DNA of 63,962 nt, counting the filler, from Choristocarpus tenellus KU-1152 (lineage: Eukaryota; Protista; Phaeophyceae): NCBI GenBank assembly GCA_964200185.2. It is 9 parts of 9 records of this genome, joined end to end, with 100 filler letters (N's around TTAATTAATTAA, not from the genome) between each part and the next. Parts side by side here need not be neighbours in the genome. Positions count along the whole stretch, not along the records: positions 1 to 3,652 come from CAXNAD020018718.1; positions 3,753 to 19,480 come from CAXNAD020000938.1; 7 more parts are not named here. The stretch is one strand, 5' to 3'. Below the pieces are notes generated by a model that saw only the letters and a list, made by a program, of their open reading frames with translations, was not told the origin of the DNA and made no database searches. Below are positions 1 to 13,600 of this stretch, piece by piece; within the stretch, counting starts at the first letter, position 1; each line of letters begins with the position of its first letter. Made by a program: the position numbers and the translations under genes.

Positions 1-90
1 TCGGATTTGAAACGTCAGCAAAAAAAAACGTTGCTTGACCGAAACGGGCGCCCCCTCACAAACCCCTCCCCCCCCCAAGATACTTTAACC
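1..90. mobile_element. MITE family B, right-end fragment
   Basis: Ends in C-tract + AAGATACTTTAACC, a variant of the B terminal repeat CCCAGATACTTTGAGCC. Shares CCCTCACAAACC with 33252-33289. Confidence 0.6.
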
Positions 91-372
91 TTATGATATG
101 CTCACAGACAACTTTGCAGATGGTGCTATCATGGAAGAAATATGAAGAAACGTAGGGAAGAGAGAACTACAAACACAATAACAACAGAGCCGGTGTACTT
201 CTTACAGGAAGGTACTTCGTAGACAGGAACAAGAGTTGCAGAGTATTTCAAAACATCATAAGCCGGCCAACTACATTATACCCTACAAAGGTTTTAAAAA
301 ATGTAAATAGAATTACAAACAAGGGCAATCTCCAAAACATTCAACACTACTGAACTCCAATGACCTGAGGCC

Positions 373-3300
373 TTATCCACATCCACGGCTTGTTGGGTCC
401 CTTCTGCAAGCTTCTTCGTATACATACTTCTGTGCTAGTTCAAAGTACTGCTTTGTTACCTTTGCGTTCCAAATATCATAGTTGCGCCGGACCTCTCAAC
501 CCACATGCTGGAAGCAAATATGCATGTCGATCCCGTGGTCATCAATCGTTATGAAGTTGAATTCCTCTGCCATGTACAGCCGGCCATACATGTTCAGGAT
601 GTTGAACTCAGAGAATAAAGTGTCCGTTACCTTGACATGTGATGAGGGGGTAAGAATAAAGCCTAGGAGGGTCAAGGTATATTTTATGTTGAGGCTCAGA
701 GGATATCTTTCCATATCACTATTGTAAGAAGTGCATTGTATGCGCATCATACTAGGAAGAGTGCCTTTGTTATTGTGCCTGCTATGTGTAGTAAAGTACC
801 TATGTATCCTCCTTATGGTACCAATCTGCTTCAATGCCACCGTGATGAGTGAAAGTATCTTAGAGGGTACGAGTTTTTCCCTGTTTGTCCATTTGGGGCT
901 TGGCCTCCTACGGGTTTTTTGTTACATTTTATGTACTCCAAAATATTTCGGACTATGCAAAATATCTATGTTATGAAAAGGTGTGTCCGGAACAAGGATC
1001 TTGACACTTTCTAACATAAACGATGGCCAAAAAGACATCAAAAATACAATGTTGGTTTTTGACCCCCAAATGGACGCAGCTCTACCCTCTAAGATACTTT
1101 GACCCTGATTTTGTTTACAATCAAAGGATACATTTCACATCCGAAAAGGATCTAGGTTCAAACCAAATGTTCGCCCAAGGCTAAGTTTGTGAGCTCCTGA
1201 ATGCAATTTGCAGCGGGCAGTTGAGTAATTAAACTGGGCAACATTGGCCTACTTCAGTAGTTTGCTCACCTCCCACTCCTTGCTGTGCCCGGCGAAGTAG
1301 TCTTCCATGATGTGAATAAGAGGTTTCCCAAGATGATTTTCCATATGATTACGCACCCTCCCGAAAATCTCCCTGGGATATATTAAAATGGTAACTTCAT
1401 CAGACAGTCTCGGTCCATTGGAACTCCTAGAGCATGCTCTGTTCCTACCTTCCAGATGTTGCAGTTCTCTCCACACCACTTCGTCTCCAAACATGCGACA
1501 ATAGCCCACGATCTTTCCCTGCTCACAAGAACATGAGGGTGGTTTACAAACAAGGTAAAATGATGAGTTTTTGGAACAGTACGGCATTTCTGTTCATTCA
1601 AATAGTCATCACATCGGAGACAGCAATTACAAACCTGGTTCGCGCCCTGAACACTAACAATAGACCTCTGAAGCATGCATTGACTGATTTTTAAATGTTT
1701 CCAACTATTGTCTGATAACACCAATGCTTAAGGACATCCTACCTGACACCACAAATGTTTGAGACAAGAAGCACACTCTAAGTTCACAGTTCAGTCCTGA
1801 CTGGCACCTGCAGCAGGGGTCACCTCTCTTGTAGATTGAAAGGGCACTTTGAACGTTGAATAATCAACATGCTGGTCATCAATAGGGAAAGAGCACAGAC
1901 AGTCGCTCAGATGCAGTACTCAAAAACGCATCAGAATACTAGCAATGGAGCAAAAACAAGCATAGATGATGTAGTGACCTTAAAATGTATTGTACTATCT
2001 TCGAATGGCCACAGTTGGAATTATCATACGAAGTGGGGTAGAACTACTCTGAGCAAATGTGGGGATATACACTTAGCCCAATCAATTACTAAAGGCTCGC
2101 TAGTGACGAGGAAAAGTTCTGCTTCTAAGAGTGTTACAATTATTAACGACCACAAATACTACTATGGAAATATCTTACCCATGACCTCTTTCAGTGATAA
2201 GGAAGTGCTGAACTCAGAAATCGATCCCTGATGTTGGAGATTCGCCAATGCTCACTGCTTACTGCTTCTCCAGTTGGCTATAAAAATGAGTATGCTCCAT
2301 CCATTTCTATAAGTGGGTTGCACACGGGTAACGATCATTGGCAAAAGCCATGGTGGACGGTGCTACTAGATTTCCGGTTCAATAGGCGAAACCGCATAGT
2401 ATTTCTAGTTGTCATCCAAAAACTATTTGTGTAAGAATCGCGGCGTACATGATGTTGAATGACAATACATACTGTTGCGACATATTCCACAGTTTGCTTG
2501 GACTACAAGCACATAGGTTCCAGGTCTCAACCACACCAAGAGCTCATAATGGTGAATATTCCGAAGAGATACATGAACTGTCGTCAGCCATTCCCAACCC
2601 CCATATTTGGAGGTCCTCATTGACTTTATTTCATGACTGGCATGGTACTGGACTGTGGTCCCGCAATATCGCAGATAAAGGGGATTATTCCGAGAAATGC
2701 CAAATTCCTCTTGCCGTAACACAGCTCTAGCAGTGGAACAACCAATCCGTTTTCGTTTTGAAAAAAGTCGCAAGTATGGCTTGACCTTCGCTTGATGCAC
2801 ACCGGCAACCCGCTTCTAATTAACGATGTCTATTTATGAATCCGTACGTTCCAGTGTATCACACCGTTGCCTATTTGAACGCACCTGCTCGTCGAAATAT
2901 CCTTCCCTAACAGCACTGCTGGATTGTACAAGGTCCGTCTCCAGGATGAGCACATAGTCGTTTGACGTAAAGACATTAGCATACATCTTTAGAAATTGTT
3001 GTGTTAGGTATCCGAACTGGGGGGGGAGAGGTTCACCCACCACGAAGACATATGCATAAAGCGGGATCACTGAGAACAGCATGCTGATCGACTGAGGTTC
3101 TATGAGAACCACAAGGTCACCGTAGCATGGCGTAAAGAGTTCCAGGCTTCGAAAAAGGAATGGAGCGAATGGCGAGTCTTTCGACCCCATAGGAAGAAAT
3201 ATATCCATCCTCTCCAAACGATCATCTGACTCGCAGACCCTGTCTCTTTAACTGGATGGCGAAATGACACGATGCACAACCATTTCTTGAGGTATCTGAC

Positions 3301-3409
3301 CCTTTGACGCTTCGTACGACTCCTCAAGCGCGCCACCAGAGACCTGTGTGATCATGCTGCACATTGTAAAGATGCTCACTCCTGTCAAGAATCTCCAGGA
3401 AGACACCAT
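373..3409 (-). pseudogene. Secreted DUF6492-like (GT-A glycosyltransferase-like) pseudogene; exons 3409-2885, 1518-1270, 630-373
   Basis: GT-AG phase-0 junctions and a hydrophobic N-terminus MVSSWRFLTGVSIFTMCSMITQVSG. Motifs GYLTQQFLKMYANVFTSNDYVLILETD, LPF.IYPREIF and FSEFNIL. Lesions: in-frame TAA 3248-3250, TGA 496-498, and a frameshift pair near 1479/1385. Confidence 0.72.
847..1105 (+). mobile_element. MITE family A (about 260 bp)
   Basis: TIR GAGTGAAAGTATCTTAGAGGGTA ... TACCCTCTAAGATACTTTGACCC, flanked by TGAT/TGAT. Lies in an intron of the pseudogene. Confidence 0.9.
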
Positions 3410-3652
3410 CGTTTACCCCCTTGTTGATTGTAGAATGTTGTTGTACTGTATGTGCTTGTGTTGTGATGTTGTGGTTAGAGATGGTTGGAATATGTTAGAG
3501 AGGTCTTGAGGATGTTAGAGGGCATCAAAATAATCAAATACAAATGGAACTCGATTTGTGAATTACAACTGGTTTCTACGAATAAAGTGATAGTTTATGA
3601 AGTATACTGAGTTTTGTGGGCGGGAGAATTCTGGTTGGCTGGGGGTACAGAG

Positions 3653-3752
3653 NNNNNNNNNNNNNNNNNNNNNNNNNNNNNNNNNNNNNNNNNNNNTTAA
3701 TTAATTAANNNNNNNNNNNNNNNNNNNNNNNNNNNNNNNNNNNNNNNNNNNN
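3653..3752. other. Artificial contig linker (N44-TTAATTAATTAA-N44)
   Basis: Identical 100-nt spacer with stops in all six frames, present eight times in the window. Confidence 0.97.
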
Positions 3753-3985
3753 GGTACGAGTTTTGCCCTGTTTGTCCATTTGGGGCTTGGCATCCCATGG
3801 GTTTTTTTATGACATATTCCTACTCTAAAATGTTTAGGAGTAGGTAAAGTGTGTATGTTATGGAAAGGTGTGTCCGGAACAAGGAAATTGACACTTCCTA
3901 AAAAAAATGATAGCCAAAATTTCATCTAAATCGCAACATTGGATTTTGGCCCCAAATGGACGCGGCCCTACCCTCTAAGATACTC
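3753..3985 (+). mobile_element. MITE family A, left end lost at the gap
   Basis: Colinear with 847-1105; ends ACCCTCTAAGATACTC. Confidence 0.85.
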
Positions 3986-4049
3986 AGTAGCAATTTTGCT
4001 ACTGGACAAAAAATGGTCATGTCAAGTACACCTAGGAAGTGCACAATTG

Positions 4050-7000
4050 TGTGACAGACTTCTCAGAAACATGCAATTCATGTAGATTCAGAGGCAGGGT
4101 GGCAAGTACAGTGCTGTGCATAGTACTAGGAGTTCGACTAGGAGTACTTTGCTCTCAACTCTTTTTCCTAGTATATCAATCCTTTGTAATATCGGAGTAA
4201 GATCAAGCAATAGATAGTAACTGAGCGTGCACAATATTCTACTTTAGGGTCACTAACGTTTTTGGCAAAAAGCTATGAACCAGTTGTTGCTCTGAACTTC
4301 CACTTCTGCACATCTCACTTACCTATGCCAGATGTAATTTTCGCCCTGATACATTGGACCAGCTCTTTGCAGCTGCTCATAGGCTTCAACAAAGGGGGCA
4401 CAAGGTATGATGAATGGGTTTGACTCCAATGCCCAATTTGTTTTCTTAGTGGAATAGTGTGTTTCATGGTTGGAGATATGGCGCAGACAGTTGTGTGCAT
4501 CTCACACAGATTGTGTTTGAGCACTACCCCTGTGATTTTAAACACTTCTTCAGTGTGCTGTACTCACAATTTCTCTTATTGATGATGCAATTCTACTCCC
4601 AATATTGATGCCCCATGTGTTCCATGCCAACCTCAGATTGCATATCTTGATATAGGAGTAGGAATAGGGTCAATATTAGCTTTCTAGAAGACCAATCCAA
4701 TTTTTGCTGTCAAGTCTGCTCAAAGGCAATGCTGTGTGAGACATTTTTCTGCCTGTATATTCTTGTCAAATCTGTCCTCTGCTTGGACTAAAGTGCAGTG
4801 GTTGTTTTGATTGGATGTAGGTGTTAGTAATTTGAATATAGATGGCTGATGCTTACTTCTTGTACTGTGGTTGCCACGCAATTTTTTTTTCGATACTTTG
4901 CTAGTAACACAGAAGTGGTGATATCACTCATACAGTATTCACCTCCCCCCTGCCTAGTATTGCCTGACTCCAATCAATTAACTGCGACTGCCTGTTACTG
5001 TCTGTTAGGGGGGGAGGCGACGAAAGCGTGCACGGTTCCTCATGGCTAAGAGACCCCTGTTGCTGCTTCCAGAAATAATGCGTCAGTCAGTGGAGGCATT
5101 ACTGGTAGGTCTCAAATATTTGTTATTTGCAACTCAGTTGTTAGGTTGCATATTGCCCAAAACTGATGTTTATTTTAGCCTGGGCCGTGCACTCTCAAGT
5201 TCAGATAACAACTCTATGTCCTCATCCACCGCATAGTCAAGGGTTTCAACCAGGAATTTGCAAAATGGGAACTGAATGAAAATATTTCATTACTTTTATA
5301 AGGACAGGATTGTAAATCAGACACAGTGTAGTGACATGTGTAACATAATTTGTTATGTTCTGTTTATTTCTTGTGCTTACCAGGTGTTTAAAACTTCACT
5401 ACTCTGATCCAGCGATTTAAATAGGGTTATAGGGTGTAGTCGGCAGTACAGCATGCCTAAGAGAAGAAATTGTTGATGGCATACCATTATTGCTTGTACA
5501 GTTCAGGGGCAAATGCAAACTTTCATACCACTCCACTGAGTGCCAATTTCGAACTCAACAGCAAACAGAAATTTCTGGATTAGTTGTTGACTAGCTGGGC
5601 TGTATTCTTCTATTTCCTTAGTTGCTCTGATCCTCCCAGCTGGGTTACAACTGAATAAAAATCACAAAGGTTGCTAGGGAGTTTCTGGAGGAGTGGAGGG
5701 CGTTGCCATCTCGCAAGAGGGGCATGCTACTGGCTGTGCCGGCTAAAGCTCCCCTGTCTCTAGCCCTCTCAGTCATCACACCCAAGATCACAGGGAGGTG
5801 TGTGAATGGAAATGATCTTGATTAGTGTCATGGGTGCATTTATTGCCTTGCTAGGGCTCCTGCCTCAATATCAACAGGATGGACTATTCATTGCATAGTG
5901 TGTAATATAGCTGTTAACGTTTGTTTTAGCGAACTCCTGTTGCATTGTGCATGGCATGTGGTCTTGGTGCATGATACTTCGGTACCAGCATATTACAGAA
6001 GTTTACAATAGTCCAATACCGCCTCCATCTATGCAGGATTAGTGTCTAAATCAGGTGTATAAAAATATGACCAGAAACGCCTTGGCCACCATTATTGCAC
6101 CAATTATCCCTATCACAACTACTGATAATGACGTCCTGTTCTGCTGTGTCCATGTGTGTTGACAGCAAGCAGCGCTACAGTGCTAGTGCAGGTCAAATGC
6201 ACTCAAGACCTTCAAGGGATTGTGGAGGCCTTTTCAAGGTTGGTTAAGAACATTATCCAGTGAATGTGTCAGGTGGAGCAAGTGTCGCCTCCCCAACCAG
6301 TTGGTGTGCATGAAGTACTGGCGCTCTTGGACACCCATGAAATAATGTGTGTACTATTAGTAGAGCAGATCATTCCTCCGCTCAAGCAAAGTATCTGTGG
6401 AATACAGTTAGACATTGAGATACCACTGTATGACTAACTGCCCCAATGGAACAGTGGTAACTCAATGTTTATCAAAATCAGGGGCTATTTGGAACCTTTG
6501 TGCCAGAGATGGGATGACTGTATAAGCCATCTTAAGATCCATGCTGAATTATCTTCCCCAACAGGTGGTTTCAGATTACTCAGATCGGACCTTAAGATGG
6601 CTCGTTCAGTAACCCCATCTCTGGTAATAATGGTTCTGAAGGGCCTCATATGCTGCAAACAGGTTATATCACGTTTGTCCACAATATCTCTTGCTAGACC
6701 ACTTCAACTACTCATCAAGCCTGCCTTCGCCATTCTTGCTTCTTCATCTTGTAGTCCATCCCATCATGTTGAATCTTATGAAGCCCACCCTAATATGGCC
6801 TTGAGTAGAGAGTGTCCTTCCATCAATCCATAGATACACACATGAGAAAACATGTGTAGTAGATGGGGAACCCTTCGCCGTTGCCTTCACCACTATACAC
6901 CTCAAACTTGGTTGGAAGTGGGATGAGCCGCTGTAGGCCCTCTCCAATTACAGTTTTCGGTTTTGCCAACCACCTCCTCTTCATCATAGAAGCCTAACTT

Positions 7001-7200
7001 GACTTCCTCACCCCATCTCGGACTATTGTTGTTACATGGGTTCCTGCTCTCTTCACTAATCACTGCACCATGTATGACATACCAATAGCTGCCTCCATTG
7101 GGACTCATTCTAGCCTTGAATACTTGGCACACTAGAGTAACTAGCTAGCATATTGAGAAGCTTGTGTATATTATGTATGGATTAGTCCTCTACTGGGTTG
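4050..7200 (-). mobile_element. Heavily degraded non-LTR (LINE, L1/Tx1-like) retrotransposon remnants
   Basis: Frameshifted minus-strand fragments resemble the APE endonuclease start (HIRVGF..FNMMG, DITCLQ) near 6800-6650 and RT motifs (EWYESL; DFDK..VSH; INIG) at 5530-4600, in the expected order. Boundaries are approximate. Confidence 0.4.
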
Positions 7201-7670
7201 TAGGGGTTAGGGTTAGATGCAGATGAAGCGAAATAGGAGAAATGAGTGTTGTTGCCCTAAATGCGAGGTTCCTAGCCTGTGAATTCTTGAAACATTGAGA
7301 TGCCACTGCTCCACTGATAGGGATAGAAATGCTGTGCACCTTCCCAGCTTAACTGAATCCCCTGGACATTGTTTTATTACTACCATCTCAACACAATTGA
7401 AAGCATCCAAGGTGCAAAAGGCCTTCTAAGATGAGGTGCAATTCCTCTTCTTCAACCCCCAAGCTCCTGTACTGGAAGCATTTTTGTGATGTAATTGTTG
7501 TTCTTTGTGAAATAGATGAGCAAAAACCTTTGCATTTCTAATGTTGTGCAAAGTGCACAAAATTATAAATCAAAGGAAAATAACCATGGATCAAGCATAT
7601 TTTTCTGTTTTGTACTCAAAAGTGCAATGCTATTCTTTGGTATTACTTCCTGCCTGTAACCCACATACAG

Positions 7671-10600
7671 GAAAAATGTCTTGCATGCTCAAAGCCGGCA
7701 AGTGTACAAGGCGAGCAGCATGAATGGCGAGATCGTTTCTGTAGTAAGTCCTGCCAAGAGGTAAGCAAGCAGCAATGTGTTTATGCACATCAGGAGTATG
7801 TTTCGCCATTCCAATGTTATCTCTGTCGGACTTCAAGCATAGCCTTCGCCTTCTAAGACACTATGGATGCAAAATAGTGGATTTATTTTCTTTTTATGAT
7901 ACGTTGATTAACTTTGTATTGCAGTTTTAATTATCTGTTTTTGTGTTCTTCTCCTTCCTCGTCACCTTTGTATTTTTTACTGGTTTCTATTATTTATTGA
8001 GTTTCCAGTAAGAGAGTGGTTGATACTACATAGCACTGCGATAATAATCAATTTTGTTATATATCATCTCTCAATTCATGCAATCATTCCTGCCTGAGGA
8101 ATGTCACTTCTACCAGTACTTCCATATGAGGGAAAGCTATAGCTGTGGTTCTTGCGAGTGGTCTTTGTCTACCATGGTTTGGGGGTTAGTTCACTATTGC
8201 TGAAGAAATTCGGAGATTGTTTCCTCCCAAAAATCTAGTTTTCGTTATGCTGGAGCCCAGGTCATGAAGAAGGAACAAGGCACGTAGTGGATGGGATAGG
8301 ACTTGTTGCGTGCATGGAACAACATAGGATAGTGGATGCAACAACACAACTCCTTTGTGTGTGTCTGATTTAGTTTATCCTACAATTTTTCATAATAAGA
8401 CCATTGTTTTCGAACATACTGTGGGGTCTCTGAACTGGTCTGTCATATGGGTCTCTCCACCTTGCACAGTATGATGTTATTAAGAACCATCTAGATTTAC
8501 CCCCAAAAGCCCAAGGAGTTGCCTCTCATATTATAGGCATCAAGGTCTCTTCCCGCCTGTACATCCACATCTGTCATGTGCTGAAACAGACATACGGTGT
8601 GAAGACGGGAAATGCTCTACGCAGAAATGTTTATGAGCGCGACCGAGGTGTTTGTGAAAAGTGTGGAAGGGATACCAGACGCTTTATTCAAGAACTCTTG
8701 GCAATACCGCATTATCAGGCAAGTATTTTTAGTGCTGTTTTTCCTGCCAGCTTAACTTAAATTTGAGGTTGTCATGAAACACATGTTCTACTTGATCTGT
8801 TTTCTGATCTGTGTCAGTTTTTTAGAGGACAAGCTTATAAGCAAATATTTCTAATGAGGAATAGGGGCTAGTCAAGGCACCTCGCCTTTCAATGTATCTT
8901 GCTGTGCAGGATGTGAGTAGATCGTTGCGTCTTTCAATGGATCTTACGCAGTTTCGATACATGTTCATAAAGTGTCATGTTGTGATCCAATTGCATTGCT
9001 ATCATCACTGGGCCCCGAGGGTTAGTATGCAAAGTACCAATATGTGGTGCTCTATAAGCACAGGCATAGGCCTGTAAGTTTAAGCATGTGGTACTTCTTA
9101 GTACTAAGGAATATTACGGATAAGTGCTTGGTTGAGTATGGAACAACTTGAAGAAATTGCTCACTAAATCCTAGCAATCTAGGTAGTTGTGGTGCATGCA
9201 AGTCCTGTCAATTGAGAGTTTATCACTTATCACAGAAGCAAGTGTAAAATGTAAGAACAGTCAACAAATCAGAGAACACGATGAACTCCTCCCTCAGTAT
9301 GGTTCACTCTGCATATTGGGATTTGTAGTTCTGGTTAAGCTCTAATAACAAAGTTTGGAGTGCACTTACCTCTGACTGTTCTTTATCAACTCCAGCGAGA
9401 TTAGTGTTTGATGACTGCCCTGACTTTACCCTCTAGCTTCTTTATAATTGCTGTCACCCACACTAAAATTTGTTATGATATTTTCTTTTGTGATATATAC
9501 TCTAAATTATACACTTCTCACAGCACATTTTCTTCTGTTACTGTTCTCCCCCCCTTCCACAAATTTGATTCACCTCCTTCACAGGACCGACGCCAACTGC
9601 TTATCATCAAGGACTCACGATTTGAGCAGAGACCTGAACTACTGGAGAAACTTGTCCATAACCCATGCACTGGCAATGCCTGGAATGCTGACCACGTTGT
9701 CGCAGTATTTGAGGTTGGTGTGAGAAGTTGTTTCCATATGAACGGAATGGTACATCTGTATTGCCCACTCCTGTTTTTCTATAATTGAAATCAATCTTGA
9801 ACCTCTAGTCCATCGTGTAGTTCGTGAGTTTCTGGCCTTGCTCCTGACCATAAACCTTGGTATACCAAGATGGTAATCACTAATCATTTTCTATTTGCAT
9901 TCCGTTTGATTGATTGGTTATCTTCACATGTCATGCTTTGCTGTCTTTGTCGGCACGTTAACCAACACTTACACCCTTGCAACTGCCCATGTTGTGTGTC
10001 AATCTGGTGTCCACATAAAGGGGGGGGGGGAGTGCGACATAGAAAATCTGCGGACACTTTGTGTGCTGTGTCACACTGAAGTGACCAAGGAGCAAGCAAA
10101 GAGACGTGCTGACACTGCAAGAGAGTGAGTACCACAACCACCATCAATTGTGCGGTGGAATTTGATCATGATAGTCTAATATGTAGGTGTCACAATCAAG
10201 GTTATCCTTGCCTAATTTGTTTCTTTTCGGAATATCTGTGGCAAACTTGGCAAGTAAAAATGTTACATCTACATGTTGGTAATCTCATTCCAGTAACCTA
10301 AGAGATCAGAGCCTACCTAGAATGTAGGCTCTGGAAGGGATATTTTGTTGCCTAATTATGTTAAGATTTCATGAGCATTTAGCAACAAAATGTGGATGGT
10401 TGATATTGAAACTGTGACTTTTTTTCCCAATCCCTTGGGAGGAGGTGTTAGATATTTTGCACCCCCAATTTCATCATATTGCAGCAACAGGCACTTACAA
10501 GACATTATGTGGCTCAATGTGGAACCTGGGGGCCACAATCTGCTTCCTCTCTTGACTCAGACCCAAAATGCCATCCCCTGTCTGGGGGATGAGAAAATCC

Positions 10601-13600
10601 TTGAAACTTTTTTTTTGTCTCGTAGCACAACTTTCAAGGCATGAAGGACATTTTTCAATTAGAATAACAAATAGTTTTACTTTCTGTCAATTCAAGGTTG
10701 GCAAGGCTATTGCAATGCCAGGCTTTGAAATGACGTGCTCCAGCATATGAAATAGTAAGCAAAGCAGCATGAAACGAATACTGAGCACTATTACGTACAC
10801 CCCTTCCGATTCCAAGTTTGACCTCATGTTAGGCTGTCCACATTTTATAGTATTGGATATAAAATTGTATTGTTTTGTGTTTTGTACCTTCATGTTTTGG
10901 GCTTGGACCCAACAGTGTCGGAAATGCACACTCTGGGTGCATGCTTCTTCTTAACCAAATTAATTGTCATATGATGCAGGGCGTAGATCTTCACTTTTCT
11001 TGCATAGACTCCACTTTTCTACTGTGATGCGATGTACACTTCTATTTCAATAGAAATCATAAACAACTTTTCTGATGCAAAATACTCCAGTTTCTTGTAG
11101 GACATGTACAGTGAATCTCTGCCCAAGATGAAGCTCTCTTTGTTCAATTATTTGTATTAGTAGTTGTTGCCTAGGCAGGTGTGGAGTTAGTGAGCAAGTT
11201 GCCCAAGGTAGGGCTGCTCTACCCTCGTCATGGAGTCCATTCATTTCTATTCTACATACTCTTTTATACATCCTAATTCCTCTGATCCAATACAATGTAT
11301 GGAAACATCATTAATGTCACAGAAACATTAAATCCATTTCAAGCATAAATCTTGACACAATCCCCTGCTCTCAATGCGCAGCGGGATAAACTCCATTAAC
11401 TCAATCTCACAATAATCCTAACAACATTGCATCTACATAGCCAATTAGGTGACATGTTGGGACAGTACCATTCCACAAGAAGTCTCTAGAAGTGAAAATT
11501 TCTTCCACTCATACCCTTCAAATATCCAATCACTCTCTCGGGTCCTTTCCAGTTCAAAAGTGCGTGATTCACAGAATGCGCTGCCAATGCCGAAAATGCC
11601 AATGTACTGTCCAGGTGTGTCATGATAGAAGTCGACATCAATCCACCAAATATCGACCCCATATCCTACCCCAATAGACTACTATTATCGGTATAGTAGT
11701 AGCTTGCTCATCAAACATATCTGTTACCATATTTCGTGCTATCAACCCCTCCACAAAATGCCTGTTGGTCCAAAGAGGTTGGTCTATCCTCCCCCCAATC
11801 AATGGTGATGCAACGTCCAATAAAAGGATCTGCCTCCCCACGAACATTTACAGGGTAACCTCCACCAATGTAAGCTTTGGTCCCTTGCTTGCCGACAGCA
11901 TGCCATCCACGTGAATCAGCAGTGCCGACACCATCTTCCCATTTAAAATAATCCTAAATAGAGAAGGATCTGCCCTACACTGCTCCAAGCCCAGATCTAG
12001 CAGTGACTTTCTGCTGGTCTGTGAGGAATGGCTTAGTCCACCGCTTGACCTTCACCTTCTTGTGCTTGCACAGATCCCTCAACGAGGCAATGAAACCCCA
12101 ACTTCAGCCACCCTTTTGTGGCAGGGTTAGGGTTATACCGATGGGACATTTCAAATGTTGAGGGTACTTATACGGTGCCTGCATCACCCCTTGCGACTTT
12201 GTCCAAGGTCCATGCATTCACCACATGTGATCTGACTGTCATACTCCTTCAAATGCAGAACCCAATGATTTAGGAAATTCTCAAGTCAATGGCTGCTGCC
12301 GTCCACTGAAGCATCCGAGTCTCACACCCTCTAGCCTCCAGGCATTGCACCACCACGCTGTACTTTGTAGGGGTGTTTGAGTCCTGACCCCGAACAGACT
12401 TCTGGGTCAAAGAATTGGGACCAACGGTGACAACAGGATGAGCGAGTCACTCAGGCAACGGCAGGCCTTTGTCCTAGCCTAACCCTAAACACCCACTTCA
12501 ACAGTTTCACGAGGTTTTTAAACCCCGTCAAATGTGACTTGGTCGACTTTACATTGGTGATCCTCCACAGTCATGACAGTCCACCATCTCAAACTTAGTG
12601 TGCCTCCCAATCTATGTGAGAACTAGGCCTTGTCCAGAGGCTTTATCACGCAAGCCTTTCCTGGACAAGAGTAGAGGTTGCAAAAGTCTTGTTACATTTA
12701 ATTCCTGTACAGAATCAACTTCTAACACAAGTGCATGCCACACGCAACATGTAGAAGATTTTTGCTCTGTCCTGTGTCCATTGAATTCTTGAACCTTTGC
12801 AGTGCACAGAGCAATGCCCCTGTCTTCAGGAACCACACCTGAAATATTATTTTCCCCATATTTGCGCACATTTTCGAAAGCCTGACCCTAACCCTAACTT
12901 GTGTGTGAAAATATCCCTAACCAGCCTAGAAAACCCTCTAGAAGAAGAGGTGCAACAACATTGTGGAGTGGGGAACAACCACCTTACAAGAATCCACCAC
13001 AATCCATTCTTTCACACACATTTTCGAAAATCTAGCCCTAAGTGTGACAGCGGTGGTTCCCCAAGAGAGGGGGGTTCCCTTGTGTATTTCACCTTCATCT
13101 ATCTGCTATGTTTGTCATTTGGTTAGGTGCACAAAGGCAATGTTAATTTAAGAAATAGAGAAACTGACTCGGAGTATCCTGCATTATTGTGAAAAATATC
13201 ACCTGCACCTATTTCTCCCTTACATGCCTCCTCATATTTCTGCATCAGGTTGTTGCATCAGAAGAGTGGGAAACAAGATGGCATACTCACATCTGTTGAA
13301 TGTCAAGCATCATTGCCCTCAGAGCCAACTCTGGGTTTAGATTTTCATGGAAAAGGTCCAATTTCCATGGACGCTGGTTTGGATACCACATCCCATAGCA
13401 TGTTGGAGTCAGGGATAGGATCAAAAGGAAGCGAACTGCTGGTGCAAGGAAAGAGAGGCAGGGAAGCATCTTCAGCACCATACGCAGGTGTTGCAGACTT
13501 GGCATCCCCGCCCATTTCAAGGCAACGCCAGCACAATGGGACACAGATGTCACAAGATATATCTCTTGATATTGCTGGGAGGGGGGGATTGAATACTGTT

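Noticed and set aside
496-498. Selenocysteine or stop-codon reassignment at in-frame TGA (also 48983)
   Set aside because: The same gene also has an in-frame TAA and frameshifts, and TGG encodes Trp in the intact genes. No SECIS was recognised, so decay is simpler.
2449-2730. HNH-nuclease- or tyrosine-recombinase-like ORF inside the pseudogene intron
   Set aside because: Only vague resemblance (LQAH, FHDWHG); the diagnostic residue spacing is absent.
3697-3708. Recurrent palindrome TTAATTAATTAA as a biological motif
   Set aside because: It is always centred in exactly 44+44 N; an artificial six-frame stop linker.
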